The notes: generated by a model from the letters alone, not told the origin. Shown: positions 20,537 through 29,339, counted from the stretch's first letter. The stretch is 64,000 bases of DNA from Elusimicrobiales bacterium (GCA_028688015.1 JAQTZB010000006.1:107381-171380); one strand, 5' to 3'. Numbers and translations: made by a program.

Positions 20537-22051
20537 TCAGGCCGCGTCGCGGAGGAATTTCAGCGCTTTGCCGATGGTATAGGTTTCGTGCCCCGGCGGC
20601 AGCTCGGCGGTCAGTTCCCTGGCCGAATCCAGGTCCTCTCCCAAAGTCACAATGGCGGGCTCTACGTAGCCGCCCTGCTGCACCTGCGGCACGCCCGCGG
20701 CGGCCAGCAGGGCGTTGCACAGGCACACGCGGCCCTCGGTGTTCTGCGCCCGGCCGCCCTTGGCGGTGAACGCCTCAACCGGCTCGGCGGGGCAGCGGTA
20801 ACCCAGGGAGCCGTCGGGCTTGAGATAGGCGGCCTGCAGCAGGCCTATGTCGCAGCAGCGGCGGCGGGCCTGGTAAACGGCCGGCTCTGAAACGGTGCCG
20901 GGCACCTGGGCGACTTTGAAAGGGAACCCTGTGGGGGAGACAAGTTCGTTGGTAACTTTAAGCTCGCCGGCCCGCAGCAGCTTAAGCACCCGCGAGCGAA
21001 GGACGGGCTCCATACCGGACTGGGAAGAGAGGGCGGCCAGCGTGCCGAACTGGATGCCGACCGCGCCCAGGCCCTGCGCCGCTTTAAGGCGCGCGTGGCT
21101 GGCGTAGGCCCCGGCCAGCCAGAAAGGCAGGCCCAGCCCGGCGATCGCGCCGATGTCGGCGCGGTCTTTGTCCGTATAGACCAGCAGCGGCTTGCCCGCG
21201 CCGTCGAACTGCATCTTGGAAGGGGCTGCGCTGTGGCCGCCGGCCTCAGAGCCCTCTATCACGAAGCCGTATGGTCGGGTGTCGGGGTTGGCGGCCAGCT
21301 CTTTGGCCAGCCCGTAGGAGGAGACTATGGCCAGGAACTTCGGGGGGGGCAGCTTCTCGCCGCCGGTTTTCAGGAGCTGGGGCCGCACCGTGGCGTAGAA
21401 GCCGCCGGAATCGGAGCGGGCACCGTAGACCTTGAACGACATCGAAGCGGGCTCGTGCCGGGACAGCTTTTCTATCATGCCCGGCAGTTCGTCGGGGCTG
21501 CCGGCGCCCACTATCACGTAGGCCGCGCCGGCCAGCAGCGCGCCGTACAGGGCCCACGGCAGGGGGCGCTCCACCTTGCGCAGGAAATTTATGCCCACGG
21601 GCCGGTCATGGCCTTCCCTCGCCAGCCAGACTTCCGAAAAATTGGCCGCCAGCACCAGCACCTGCATCTCGCTGGGCAGCTCCCAGAAAGAATCGGGGCC
21701 GGGGCGGAAATTCTCTATGCGCGTAAGCCTGCAGGCCGGCACGTGCTTATAGGGGGCGCCGGGGGGGCGGCCGCCTTCGATATAATACTTGTTGAACAGT
21801 TCCCAGACCGGGCCGGCCAGGGCGGGCTGCCGCCGGACCAGCTCTGTGAAGGCGCGGCGCACGTGGCCGCCGGGATCCCCGTCCTGCAGCAGGCGCGGGT
21901 AGACTATCTCCAGGCCGGTGCCCGAGACTACGCCCAGGCCGCCCATCATGGAGACGATCCTGGACATGACCCAGTAGGAAATGCGCACGCCCATGCCGCC
22001 CGAAATGATGGCGGGGTCGATGGCGGTCTGTCGCTGTTTGTCTGTTGTCAC
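20537..22051 (-). CDS. Nitronate monooxygenase / NAD(P)H-dependent flavin oxidoreductase family protein (long form)
   Basis: N-terminal IISGGMGVRIS...GGLGVVSG and later GAGSPD, GSEAGGH and WLAGAY segments typical of the NMO TIM-barrel family. 504 aa. Confidence 0.6.
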   Translation of the reverse strand: MTTDKQRQTAIDPAIISGGMGVRISYWVMSRIVSMMGGLGVVSGTGLEIVYPRLLQDGDPGGHVRRAFTELVRRQPALAGPVWELFNKYYIEGGRPPGAPYKHVPACRLTRIENFRPGPDSFWELPSEMQVLVLAANFSEVWLAREGHDRPVGINFLRKVERPLPWALYGALLAGAAYVIVGAGSPDELPGMIEKLSRHEPASMSFKVYGARSDSGGFYATVRPQLLKTGGEKLPPPKFLAIVSSYGLAKELAANPDTRPYGFVIEGSEAGGHSAAPSKMQFDGAGKPLLVYTDKDRADIGAIAGLGLPFWLAGAYASHARLKAAQGLGAVGIQFGTLAALSSQSGMEPVLRSRVLKLLRAGELKVTNELVSPTGFPFKVAQVPGTVSEPAVYQARRRCCDIGLLQAAYLKPDGSLGYRCPAEPVEAFTAKGGRAQNTEGRVCLCNALLAAAGVPQVQQGGYVEPAIVTLGEDLDSARELTAELPPGHETYTIGKALKFLRDAA

Positions 22052-22214
22052 TTTTTCTCGCTGCCGGCTAAAGCTCCCGCTGGCCCAGAGGGCTTACGAT
22101 ATTCTACCTTTTCCGTGGCCTCCCGCGCCTCTCCCCCGCGGTGCGGCCGCCGGCCGGCTGTTTTAAACTTAATTTTGAAAATGATAAACTGTAGGCGGGA
22201 GTATAAATAAATAT

Positions 22215-23168
22215 ATGAAAAAACCTCTTTGGCTCGTTACCGGCGGCGCCGGGTTCATCGGCTCCAATATCGTCGAGGAATTGCTGCGGCGCGGCGAACG
22301 CGTGCGCGTCTTCGACAACTTCTCCACGGGCAAAAAGGAGAACCTTGAGCCCTTCAAGGGCAGGCTCGAACTGGTCACGGGCGACCTGCGCGCCCCTAAG
22401 GACCTTGCGAAGGCGATGAAGGGTGTCACCTACGTCCTCCACCAGGCCGCCTTCCGCTCCGTCCCCAAGTCCGTGGATAACCCGCTGGCCGCGCACGACA
22501 ACAACGCCACCGGCACGCTGAACGCGCTGATGGCGGCGCGCGACGCCGGCGTCAAGCGCTTCGTCTACGCCGGCACCAGTTCGGCCTACGGCGAGTGCAA
22601 GGTGTTCCCGCAGACCGAAGGTCTGCCCACCCTGCCGGTCTCGCCCTACGCCGTCAGCAAGCTGGCCGGCGAGAACTACTGCCGCGTCTTCTCCCGCACC
22701 TACGGCCTGGAATGCGTTACGGTGCGCTACTTCAACGTTTTTGGCCCGCGTCAGAACCCCGAGTCCATGTACTCCGCGGTCATCCCGCGCTTCATGGAAC
22801 TGTTCCTGCAGGGCAAGCCGCTCGAGATACATTGGGACGGCAGGCAGTCGCGCGACTTCACCTACGTCGCCAACGTGGTGGACGGCAATATCCGCGCGGC
22901 GCTCGCGCCAGCGCGCGTCTCCGGCCTGACTATCAACGTGGCCACCGGCACCAATATCTCGCTGCTGGATATCGCCCGCGAGCTGGAGAAGATCACCGGC
23001 AGGAAAGCGGGGAAGGTTTTCTCCCCGAAGCGCAAGGGCGATATCCGCAAGACCTATTCCGACATCTCGCTGGCCCGCCGCGAACTGGGCTACAAACCCC
23101 TGGTTAAATTCCCCGAGGGGCTGCGGCTGACCTGGGACTACTTTTCCGCCAAGTGGGGGAAGAAATGA
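22215..23168 (+). CDS. NAD-dependent nucleotide-sugar epimerase/dehydratase (extended SDR, WbpP/GalE-like)
   Basis: Rossmann motif VTGGAGFIGSN and catalytic YAVSK. 317 aa. Confidence 0.8.
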   Translation: MKKPLWLVTGGAGFIGSNIVEELLRRGERVRVFDNFSTGKKENLEPFKGRLELVTGDLRAPKDLAKAMKGVTYVLHQAAFRSVPKSVDNPLAAHDNNATGTLNALMAARDAGVKRFVYAGTSSAYGECKVFPQTEGLPTLPVSPYAVSKLAGENYCRVFSRTYGLECVTVRYFNVFGPRQNPESMYSAVIPRFMELFLQGKPLEIHWDGRQSRDFTYVANVVDGNIRAALAPARVSGLTINVATGTNISLLDIARELEKITGRKAGKVFSPKRKGDIRKTYSDISLARRELGYKPLVKFPEGLRLTWDYFSAKWGKK

Positions 23169-23728
23169 TCTTTAACGTATCCTCGGCTTCGGGCTGGATA
23201 GAGGTTGTCTGCGGCAGCATGTTCTCGGGCAAGACCCAGGAACTGATCCGCCGCCTGAAACTGGCCAACATAGCCAAGCAGAAGGTGCAGGTGTTTAACT
23301 CGCACCTCGACGTGCGTTACGCTAAGGAGCACCTGGTCTCGCACGATAAGTCCACGCTGGCCGCGCACCCGGTCAAGACCGCCAAAGAAATCCTCAAGGA
23401 AGTCGACAAGGACACGCAGGTCGTGGGCATAGACGAGGCGCATTTCTTCGGCCCAGAGATAGTGGAAGTGGCCCAGAAGCTCGCCAATTCCGGCCGCCGG
23501 GTGATAGTGGCCGGCCTGGACCAGGACTACCGCGGCGAGCCGTTCGACAACATGGCCAAGCTGATGGCCGTGGGCGAGTTCGTCACCAAGAACCTGGCCA
23601 TCTGCATGGTCTGCGGCAACCCGGCTCATTTCAGCCAGCGCCTGACCGATTCCGGCAAGCGCATCGTTGTCGGCGCCGGCGACAAATACGAGGCCCGCTG
23701 CCGCAAGTGCTTCCAGCCGGAAAAATAA
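23165..23728 (+). CDS. tdk: Thymidine kinase
   Basis: P-loop GSMFSGKT, VIGIDEAHFF, and the C-terminal Zn-ribbon cysteines CMVCG...ARCRKC. ATGA overlap with the epimerase stop. Confidence 0.9.
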   Translation: MIFNVSSASGWIEVVCGSMFSGKTQELIRRLKLANIAKQKVQVFNSHLDVRYAKEHLVSHDKSTLAAHPVKTAKEILKEVDKDTQVVGIDEAHFFGPEIVEVAQKLANSGRRVIVAGLDQDYRGEPFDNMAKLMAVGEFVTKNLAICMVCGNPAHFSQRLTDSGKRIVVGAGDKYEARCRKCFQPEK

Positions 23729-23729
23729 A

Positions 23730-24227
23730 ATGTACCGCTCCGAAAAATTCAACCCCACGCTGTTCGGCAAGCTCTTCCACCTTGGCGCCAAGCTGTCCGA
23801 CTCCAACCGCTGGCTGAAGCTGGCCGAGCTGCTGCCTTGGGAGAAACTGGACGCCGAGTACGGCCGCTACTTCGCCTCCGGCGCCGGCCGCCCCGCCAAG
23901 GACGCCCGCCTGGTCTGCGGCCTGCTGGTGGTAAAACAGCTCAAGGTGCTCTCCGACGAGGACGCCGTGGCCGAGTTCATGGAAAGTCCCTACATCCAGG
24001 CTTTCTGCGGCCTGGAGTATTTCGCGCTGGAGGACGTCATCAACCCCGGCATCCTCTCCGAGCGCCGCAAGCGCCTGGGCCCGGACTTCCTGGCCCTGCT
24101 CGACTCCGAGCTGGCGGCTGCCCTTAAAACGGCCAAGGACCTCAAGTTCAGATCGGCGCGGCCGGCCGCGGCCGGCGAGGGCTTCTGGGCCTCCGTGCTG
24201 GGCAAGTTGCGTTCCTTCTTCCCGTAG
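23730..24227 (+). pseudogene. Orphan IS5/IS1182-type transposase N-terminal domain (DUF772-like) without a DDE catalytic domain
   Basis: The segment RWLKLAELLPWEKLDAEYGRYF..GAGRPAKDARLVCGLLVVKQLKVLSDEDAVAEFMESPYIQAFCGLEYF resembles the InsH-type N-terminal domain. The ORF ends after 165 aa. No DDE region and no terminal inverted repeats were seen nearby. Confidence 0.5.
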
Positions 24228-24243
24228 CGCCGCCCCTGCAAAT

Positions 24244-24274
24244 AAAAAAAGCGGAACACAGTTCCGCTTTTTTT
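24244..24274. terminator. Bidirectional rho-independent terminator between convergent genes
   Basis: aaaaaaa-gcggaac-aca-gttccgc-ttttttt: a perfect 7-bp stem flanked by an A-tract and a T-tract. Confidence 0.85.
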
Positions 24275-24292
24275 ATTTCCTGACCGGCCCCG

Positions 24293-25579
24293 CTAGGGAG
24301 ACCAGGCCGGGGTGAAGGAATTTCCTTTCATGTCGGTCAGCGGGTGCGGGGCGCTGCCATCGGCGTCCATCAGGAAGATCTCCCGCTTGCCGCGGCGGGT
24401 AGAGGTGAAGGCTATGAACCTGCCGTCCGGAGACCAGGAGGGATCCTCGTTGTCGCCTGCGGCGTTGGTCAGGCGGCGAATCTGGCTGCCGGTCAGGTCC
24501 GTGATGAAAATATTGAGTTTCTCTTTCGCGGTTTCCCTGCCGGCGAAAACTATCCAGTCCCCGGCCGGAGACCAGGAGGGCGAGTCGCACCAGTTCATGC
24601 GCGTAAGCTTGCGCGTCTTCCCGCTAGCCACGTCGAGCACGAAGATCTGCGGGTTGCCGGAGCGGTCCGAGACGAAGGACACCTCCTTGCCGTCCGGCGA
24701 CCAGGTGGGCGAGGAACTTACGCCGAATCCTTTCAGCAGCCTCTTGACCTGCTTGGTCACCACGTTCAGCGTGTAGATGCCCGGGTCCTCGCCGCGCGAG
24801 AGCGTCATCACCATCGTCATGCCGTCGGGCGAGAAGCCGCCTGGGATGTTGAGGCCCTGGAAGGTGGTGAAGGGCTTTATCTTGCCGGCCTTCATGTCGA
24901 TCTCGAACATGTCCGGGTTGCCGTAGCGGTAGGTGGTGTAATAGATGCGCGTGGCGTCGGTTGACCAGCGGGGGAGCAGGTTGATGCTGTTGTCCGAGGT
25001 GAGCTTGGTCAGGTTCTCGCCGTCGTAATCCGCAATCCAGATCTCCTTGCGGCCGGTGGCGTTGTTGGCGAAGGCCAGCTTGGAGTGCGCTATGCCGGGC
25101 TTGCCGGTCAGGCGCCGCACCACGTCGTCGGCGAACAGGTGCGCCGCGCGGCGCAGCGCGCGCTTCTCGCCCTGGTAGAACTTCTCGATCACTTTTTTCC
25201 CGGTCGCCAGGTCGTAGAGGCTGGCGGTGAAGGTCCAGACGCCGCCGGCGTCCTGCGCGCGCCCGGTGATCAGGTGGCCGGCCAGGCTCTTCCACCAGGC
25301 CAGCGACTGCTTGCCCGTGTCCAGGTTGGCGGGGGCCAGGGGGTCTTCTTTTATTTCGAAGTAGCGGGAGGAGTAGAGGTCGGCGCGGACTATCTCGCGG
25401 AAGGTTTCGGCGATCGCCAGGTCGGCTGGGTTCTGCGGCCGGGCGGGGTGGAAGCTGGCCAGCGCCAGGGCGTCGCGCTTGCCCTCGAGGGCCGGCGAAA
25501 CGCCGATATAAACCTCGGTGCCGGCAAAGGCGCCGGGAGCCAGCGCGAAAATCGCGGCTGCCAGTACCGTCTTTAACAT
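24293..25579 (-). CDS. tolB: Tol-Pal system beta-propeller protein TolB
   Basis: Signal peptide and a TolB N-terminal domain, followed by repeated P.WSPDG propeller blades (SPTWSPDGKEVSF, SPSWSPAGDWIVF, DPSWSPDGRFIAF). Confidence 0.9.
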   Translation of the reverse strand: MLKTVLAAAIFALAPGAFAGTEVYIGVSPALEGKRDALALASFHPARPQNPADLAIAETFREIVRADLYSSRYFEIKEDPLAPANLDTGKQSLAWWKSLAGHLITGRAQDAGGVWTFTASLYDLATGKKVIEKFYQGEKRALRRAAHLFADDVVRRLTGKPGIAHSKLAFANNATGRKEIWIADYDGENLTKLTSDNSINLLPRWSTDATRIYYTTYRYGNPDMFEIDMKAGKIKPFTTFQGLNIPGGFSPDGMTMVMTLSRGEDPGIYTLNVVTKQVKRLLKGFGVSSSPTWSPDGKEVSFVSDRSGNPQIFVLDVASGKTRKLTRMNWCDSPSWSPAGDWIVFAGRETAKEKLNIFITDLTGSQIRRLTNAAGDNEDPSWSPDGRFIAFTSTRRGKREIFLMDADGSAPHPLTDMKGNSFTPAWSP

Positions 25580-25582
25580 CGT

Positions 25583-26356
25583 TTAGCCTTTCTTGGGCGG
25601 AGCTTTCTTGGCCGGGGCTTTAGCGGGGGCGGCCGGTTTGGCGGGCGCCGGGGTAAGCCTGGCTATGTAGTCCTTGGCGGTCTTGGCTTCCTGGGACTGC
25701 GGGAAATCCCTGACCACGGACTGCAGATACTTCAGGGCCTCGCCCTTCTTGTCCTCTGGCAGCTTCAGCAGGGCCATGGCGTACTTGAGGCGCGCGGCCG
25801 GCACGCGGTTGCCTTTCGGGAACTTCTCCAGGACGTTGGCGTAGGCCAGCGCGGCTTCCTGCCAGCGCTCTTTCAGGTAGAGAGATTCGCCCAGCTGGAA
25901 GTAGGAACTTTCGGCCATCTCGCCGTTGGGGAACTTGGCCAGGTAGGACTTGAAGCCCGCGGCCGCGCCTTCGAAGTTGTTGTTGAGGAAGGCGGTGTTT
26001 GCGTCGTTGTAGATCTTGGCCGGCAGCAGCGAGGTTTCCACCTCTTCCTGCTGCTTGCGGATGGTCTGGCCTATGGCGTTGACGCGCTTGTTCATTGAGG
26101 TGTCTATCTCGTCGAGGCGCGTCGTGAGGCGGTCCATCTGGGTGGAGATGTCCTTCATGCTCTCCGAGGAAGCGTTGAGGTTCTTTGAGAGGTCTTCCAT
26201 CTTGACGGCGAGCTCGGCCTGGTTCTTCTGCATGTTGGTCAGGCTGGTGTTGAGGTCGTCCATCTGGCTCTGCATCTGCAGCATGTCCTGCTGCGTGGCC
26301 ACGCAGCCGGACGCCAGCAGGCAGGCCGGCAGGAGCAGCAAGTATTTCCTGGACAT
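25583..26356 (-). CDS. cpoB: Tol-Pal system protein CpoB/YbgF (lipoprotein, coiled coil + TPR)
   Basis: Lipobox LLASGC, an N-terminal coiled coil, C-terminal TPR-like repeats (YNDANTAFLNNNFEGAAAGFKSYLAKFPNG...) and a Pro/Ala/Lys tail. Confidence 0.8.
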   Translation of the reverse strand: MSRKYLLLLPACLLASGCVATQQDMLQMQSQMDDLNTSLTNMQKNQAELAVKMEDLSKNLNASSESMKDISTQMDRLTTRLDEIDTSMNKRVNAIGQTIRKQQEEVETSLLPAKIYNDANTAFLNNNFEGAAAGFKSYLAKFPNGEMAESSYFQLGESLYLKERWQEAALAYANVLEKFPKGNRVPAARLKYAMALLKLPEDKKGEALKYLQSVVRDFPQSQEAKTAKDYIARLTPAPAKPAAPAKAPAKKAPPKKG

Positions 26357-26899
26357 TTATTTACCTTTGACCTTGGTTTCGGCGCGGCGGTTGCTCAGCC
26401 AGCACTCGTCGGTCTGCTCGGAGCAGAGGGGTTTCTCTTCGCCGTAGGAGATGGTGCCCATCACGGCTTCCGGCACGCCGAGGCGCACGTAGTAGTCGCG
26501 CACGGACTTGGCGCGCTTCTGGCCCAGCGCGAGGTTGTATTCGATGGTGCCGCGGTCGTCGCAGTGGCCTTCCACCAGCACGGTCCAGTCCTTGCGGGCC
26601 TTGAGCAGCACGGCGTTGGCCTGCAGCACGGCGCGGGACTCCTCGGAAAGTTCGTAGCGGTCGTAATCGAAGTTGACGGTCTTGATGGTCTCGAAGGACT
26701 GGAAGTCCCCGCCGCGGATGTCGCCTTCGGAGGAGGCGGTGTCGGTGCTCTCCGAAATGTCGAGCCCCGGGATGGTGGCGGTGTCGGTGATCATGTCGGT
26801 GCCGTCGCCGGCGGCATTCTTGACGTTCTTCTTGTTGCAGGCGGACAGGGCGAGGGTAAGCGGCAGGACGAAAGCGAGGAGCAGGATCAATTTCTTCAT
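26357..26899 (-). CDS. pal: Peptidoglycan-associated lipoprotein Pal (OmpA family)
   Basis: Lipobox LALSAC. OmpA-like C-terminal domain (VNFDYDRYELSEESRAVL...GHCDDRGTIEYNLALGQKRAKSV...NRRAE). The internal ATG at 26899 gives MKKLILLL. Confidence 0.9.
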   Translation of the reverse strand: MKKLILLLAFVLPLTLALSACNKKNVKNAAGDGTDMITDTATIPGLDISESTDTASSEGDIRGGDFQSFETIKTVNFDYDRYELSEESRAVLQANAVLLKARKDWTVLVEGHCDDRGTIEYNLALGQKRAKSVRDYYVRLGVPEAVMGTISYGEEKPLCSEQTDECWLSNRRAETKVKGK

Positions 26900-27045
26900 T
26901 ATGTCTAAAACCTCCGTAAACTTAATACAACCCATACTTTATAAAAATCCCCGCGCCTTTACAATCAAAATCTAATTATGGGAGCGCCAACTTCACGCGC
27001 ATCGTTAAATTCTGCGGCCTAACGTAAGGGGCAGGAACGCAGGGA

Positions 27046-27388
27046 CGCTCGTTGGTTGGCGGCCTACCGCAGGAGCGGGCCGGCGAGGGTATGCCTTCTC
27101 CGGGTACGCTCGCCACACCGTGGCTCGCTCTGTCAGATCGGCCCTCGCGCTTACGCAAGCTCGGGCCGACTGAGGCCCCTACGAAGGCACACCCTCGCCG
27201 TCCCTCCGGCTCTGTAAGTACGATACCAAGCGAGCAACCAGCGGAGACCGCAGGGGGTAGGGTTAGCAAAACCCTCGTGAGGAGGAGGTTTGCGTAGCGC
27301 CGACGACGAATGCGGAGGGGAGGCCACGGTGTGGCCGACCCGCGTTTTGCGTTCCTACCCCCTGCGGTAGGCCGCCAAACCACGAGCG
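27046..27388. repeat. ~340-nt element bounded by inverted repeats and rich in dyads (candidate structured ncRNA or MITE-like element)
   Basis: A 28-nt inverted repeat (27046-27073 cgctcgttggttggcggcctaccgcagg vs 27361-27388 cctgcggtaggccgccaaaccacgagcg) matches at 26 of 28 positions. Nested dyads: 27082-27098 / 27183-27199 (16/17); hairpins gccacaccgtggc (27112-27124) and ggccacggtgtggcc (27322-27336); 27247-27261 is complementary to 27354-27368. The ORFs across it translate to Arg/Pro/Gly-rich nonsense. Confidence 0.55.
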
Positions 27389-27463
27389 CCCCTCCCCTGC
27401 TGGCCCCGACTGGGCACCTCGCGGATATCTAATGGTAATCCGGCATGACTGCCGGGGTGTGAG

Positions 27464-28318
27464 TTAGGCTGTGAAGTAGAGGCCGGCGGAGAGGAGGAGG
27501 CCGTAGATGGCTACCAGTTTGGCGGTTTCGGGGACCAGGGGGGAGAAGTCGTTCCTGGAGACCATTTTGTAAAGCTTTACAGCCAGCGGCAGGGACAGGG
27601 CGCAGAGGAGGCCCGGCCAGACACTGCCAAACGAGAAAGCGAAAAGATACGGGACGAGTATCAGTATAAAATAGTATCTTTTGGAGTTTATGGGGCCCAT
27701 CTCGGCCGCTATAGTGGAGATTTTGGCCTCATTATCGCCTTTCACATCCCGCATATTGTTGGCGTGTACAATGGCCACTATCAACAGACCTACCGGGATG
27801 GAAGCCCAGAGCGCTTCGGGCAGGACAGCGCGGGCCTGGATCAGCGCCGTGCCCGTCACTATGAACGGCCCGAAAGCGAAGAAGATGCCCACGTCGCCCA
27901 GCGCGCGGTACTTATAGGCGAAACCGGTAGCCGTATAGAACCAGGCCAGCGCGAAACCGGCCGCTCCCAGCCAGATAAGCCCGGTTACCCCGTTCTTGAA
28001 CGCCAGCAGCAAGCCTATGGCCGCCCCGGAAGCGAAGAGGGCTAAGGTCAGCCGCAGCATGGCCTTCGGCGAGATCAGGCCGTCGACCAGGCCCCGGTCG
28101 TCGGCCGTTTCTTTCCGGTCCACGCCCTTCTTGAAATCGAAGTAGGTATTGGCCATATTGGCGGCCGAATGCACTATCAGCGCCGCCAGGAAGGTAAGGG
28201 TGAAATCCAGCCTGGAAAAACTGCCGTGCCGCCCGGCTATCACGGAGCCCAGCACCACGGGTACCAGCGAGGCGGGCCAGGAGTAGGCGCGCAGAATGAT
28301 CATCCATTTCTTTATCAT
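27464..28318 (-). CDS. menA: UbiA-family prenyltransferase, MenA/UBIAD1-like (1,4-dihydroxy-2-naphthoate polyprenyltransferase)
   Basis: ~9 TM segments. First Asp-rich motif NTYFDFKKGVD. Segments YKYRALGDVGIFFAFGP and HANNMRDVKGDNEAKISTIA are collinear with MenA. Confidence 0.7.
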   Translation of the reverse strand: MIKKWMIILRAYSWPASLVPVVLGSVIAGRHGSFSRLDFTLTFLAALIVHSAANMANTYFDFKKGVDRKETADDRGLVDGLISPKAMLRLTLALFASGAAIGLLLAFKNGVTGLIWLGAAGFALAWFYTATGFAYKYRALGDVGIFFAFGPFIVTGTALIQARAVLPEALWASIPVGLLIVAIVHANNMRDVKGDNEAKISTIAAEMGPINSKRYYFILILVPYLFAFSFGSVWPGLLCALSLPLAVKLYKMVSRNDFSPLVPETAKLVAIYGLLLSAGLYFTA

Positions 28319-28334
28319 TTAAGAGTACCTCGGT

Positions 28335-29300
28335 TCAGGCCCGGCGTTCGCCGAGCGCCAGCAGGAAGTCTTTGAGGGCGGCGGCGCCGGTTTTGTCGGG
28401 AAAAGCGTCTATCACGGGGGAAAGGCCCTTGAGCTTGTCGGCCGCGGCCCTGCGTGCGGCGCCTGAAAAACCGCCCTTCCTCACCAGGTCCGCCAGCTCC
28501 AGCGCCGGCGCCAGGTCGGCCGCCGGCCCGGCCTTGATGGCGGCCAGCAGCGCCTCCGCCTTCGGCCCTGCCTGGGGGTCTGCCAGAGCCAGGATCAGCG
28601 GCAGGGTGAACTTGCCCTCCTGCACGTCTTTCAAAGTCTCTTTGCCGCAGGCCTCGGCGTCGCCCTCGAAATCCAGCACGTCGTCCACCAGCTGGAAGGC
28701 CACGCCGGCCTCTTCTCCCAGTCTGGCGCAGGAGGCCAGCAGCTCCGGCCTGTCCGCCAGCCGGCAGGCGGCCAGCGCGCACCAGCGGAACAGCGCCCCG
28801 GTCTTGAAAACCACGATCTTCTCCGCCTGCGCGGCGGTGAGCGCCCTGCCTTTCGAATTTTCCTCTATCAGCGCGCCCTCGGTCATGCGGCGCACGGCCT
28901 GCACCAGGCTTTCCGGCAGGTCCGGGGCGGCCCGGCCGGCCCAGTCGAAGGCCATGGCGATGAGCAGGTCCCCGACCAGGATGGCGGAATTGACCCCGAT
29001 CTGGTCGTAGAGCGTCGGCAGGCCACGGCGGTAGCGGGCCTCGTCCAGGCAATCGTCGTGCAGGAGCGAGGCGGTATGGGTCAGTTCGGCCGCCGCCGCC
29101 GCTTTCTCGGCCCGCGCGCGGTCCACGCCCAGGGCGTCGGCGACCAGCAGCGTGAAGCGGGCGCGCGCCGCCTTGCCCAGGAAACTGAACGGGTGGCGGC
29201 CGAAGTCGAAAACGCCGCGGTCGATGGCGTCCAGCTCGGCGGAGATATAGCCGCCCACGGCGCGCAGCGAATCTTCAATGGTCGGGGCGGTCTTTTCCAT
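28335..29300 (-). CDS. Polyprenyl diphosphate synthase (trans-isoprenyl, long-chain type)
   Basis: FARM motif LLHDDCLDE and SARM motif FQLVDDVLD, 321 aa from MEKTAPT. The ORF-track entry 28335..30455 runs a further 385 codons antisense to czcD and is not credible. Confidence 0.85.
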   Translation of the reverse strand: MEKTAPTIEDSLRAVGGYISAELDAIDRGVFDFGRHPFSFLGKAARARFTLLVADALGVDRARAEKAAAAAELTHTASLLHDDCLDEARYRRGLPTLYDQIGVNSAILVGDLLIAMAFDWAGRAAPDLPESLVQAVRRMTEGALIEENSKGRALTAAQAEKIVVFKTGALFRWCALAACRLADRPELLASCARLGEEAGVAFQLVDDVLDFEGDAEACGKETLKDVQEGKFTLPLILALADPQAGPKAEALLAAIKAGPAADLAPALELADLVRKGGFSGAARRAAADKLKGLSPVIDAFPDKTGAAALKDFLLALGERRA

Positions 29301-29333
29301 ATTATGACGGAATATTTTAGCATTTAAAAATAA

Positions 29334-29339
29334 TATAAT
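29334..29339 (+). promoter_or_regulatory. Candidate -10 box (TATAAT) 10 nt upstream of the czcD ATG; possible leaderless transcript
   Basis: taatataattcccatataATG sits in an AT-rich 48-bp divergent intergenic region. No Shine-Dalgarno sequence is visible. Confidence 0.3.

Noticed and set aside
22175-22207. A sigma70-type promoter (ttgaaa ... tataaa) upstream of the epimerase gene.
   Set aside because: The spacer is about 21 nt, well outside the functional 16-18 nt range.
26976-27383. ORFs across the dyad-rich gap: 135 aa on the minus strand (26976-27383) and 81 aa on the plus strand (27052-27297).
   Set aside because: Arg/Pro/Gly-rich translations with no start context or motifs. The region is better explained by its dense inverted-repeat structure.
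26900-27463. RNase P RNA, tmRNA or SRP RNA as the identity of the structured gap.
   Set aside because: Scanning both strands by eye, I found no GGAAAGUCC (P4), no tmRNA 5' GGGG..UUCGAC, T-arm or CCA end, and no GGUCCGGAAGGAAGCAGC SRP domain IV motif. A covariance-model search is still needed.
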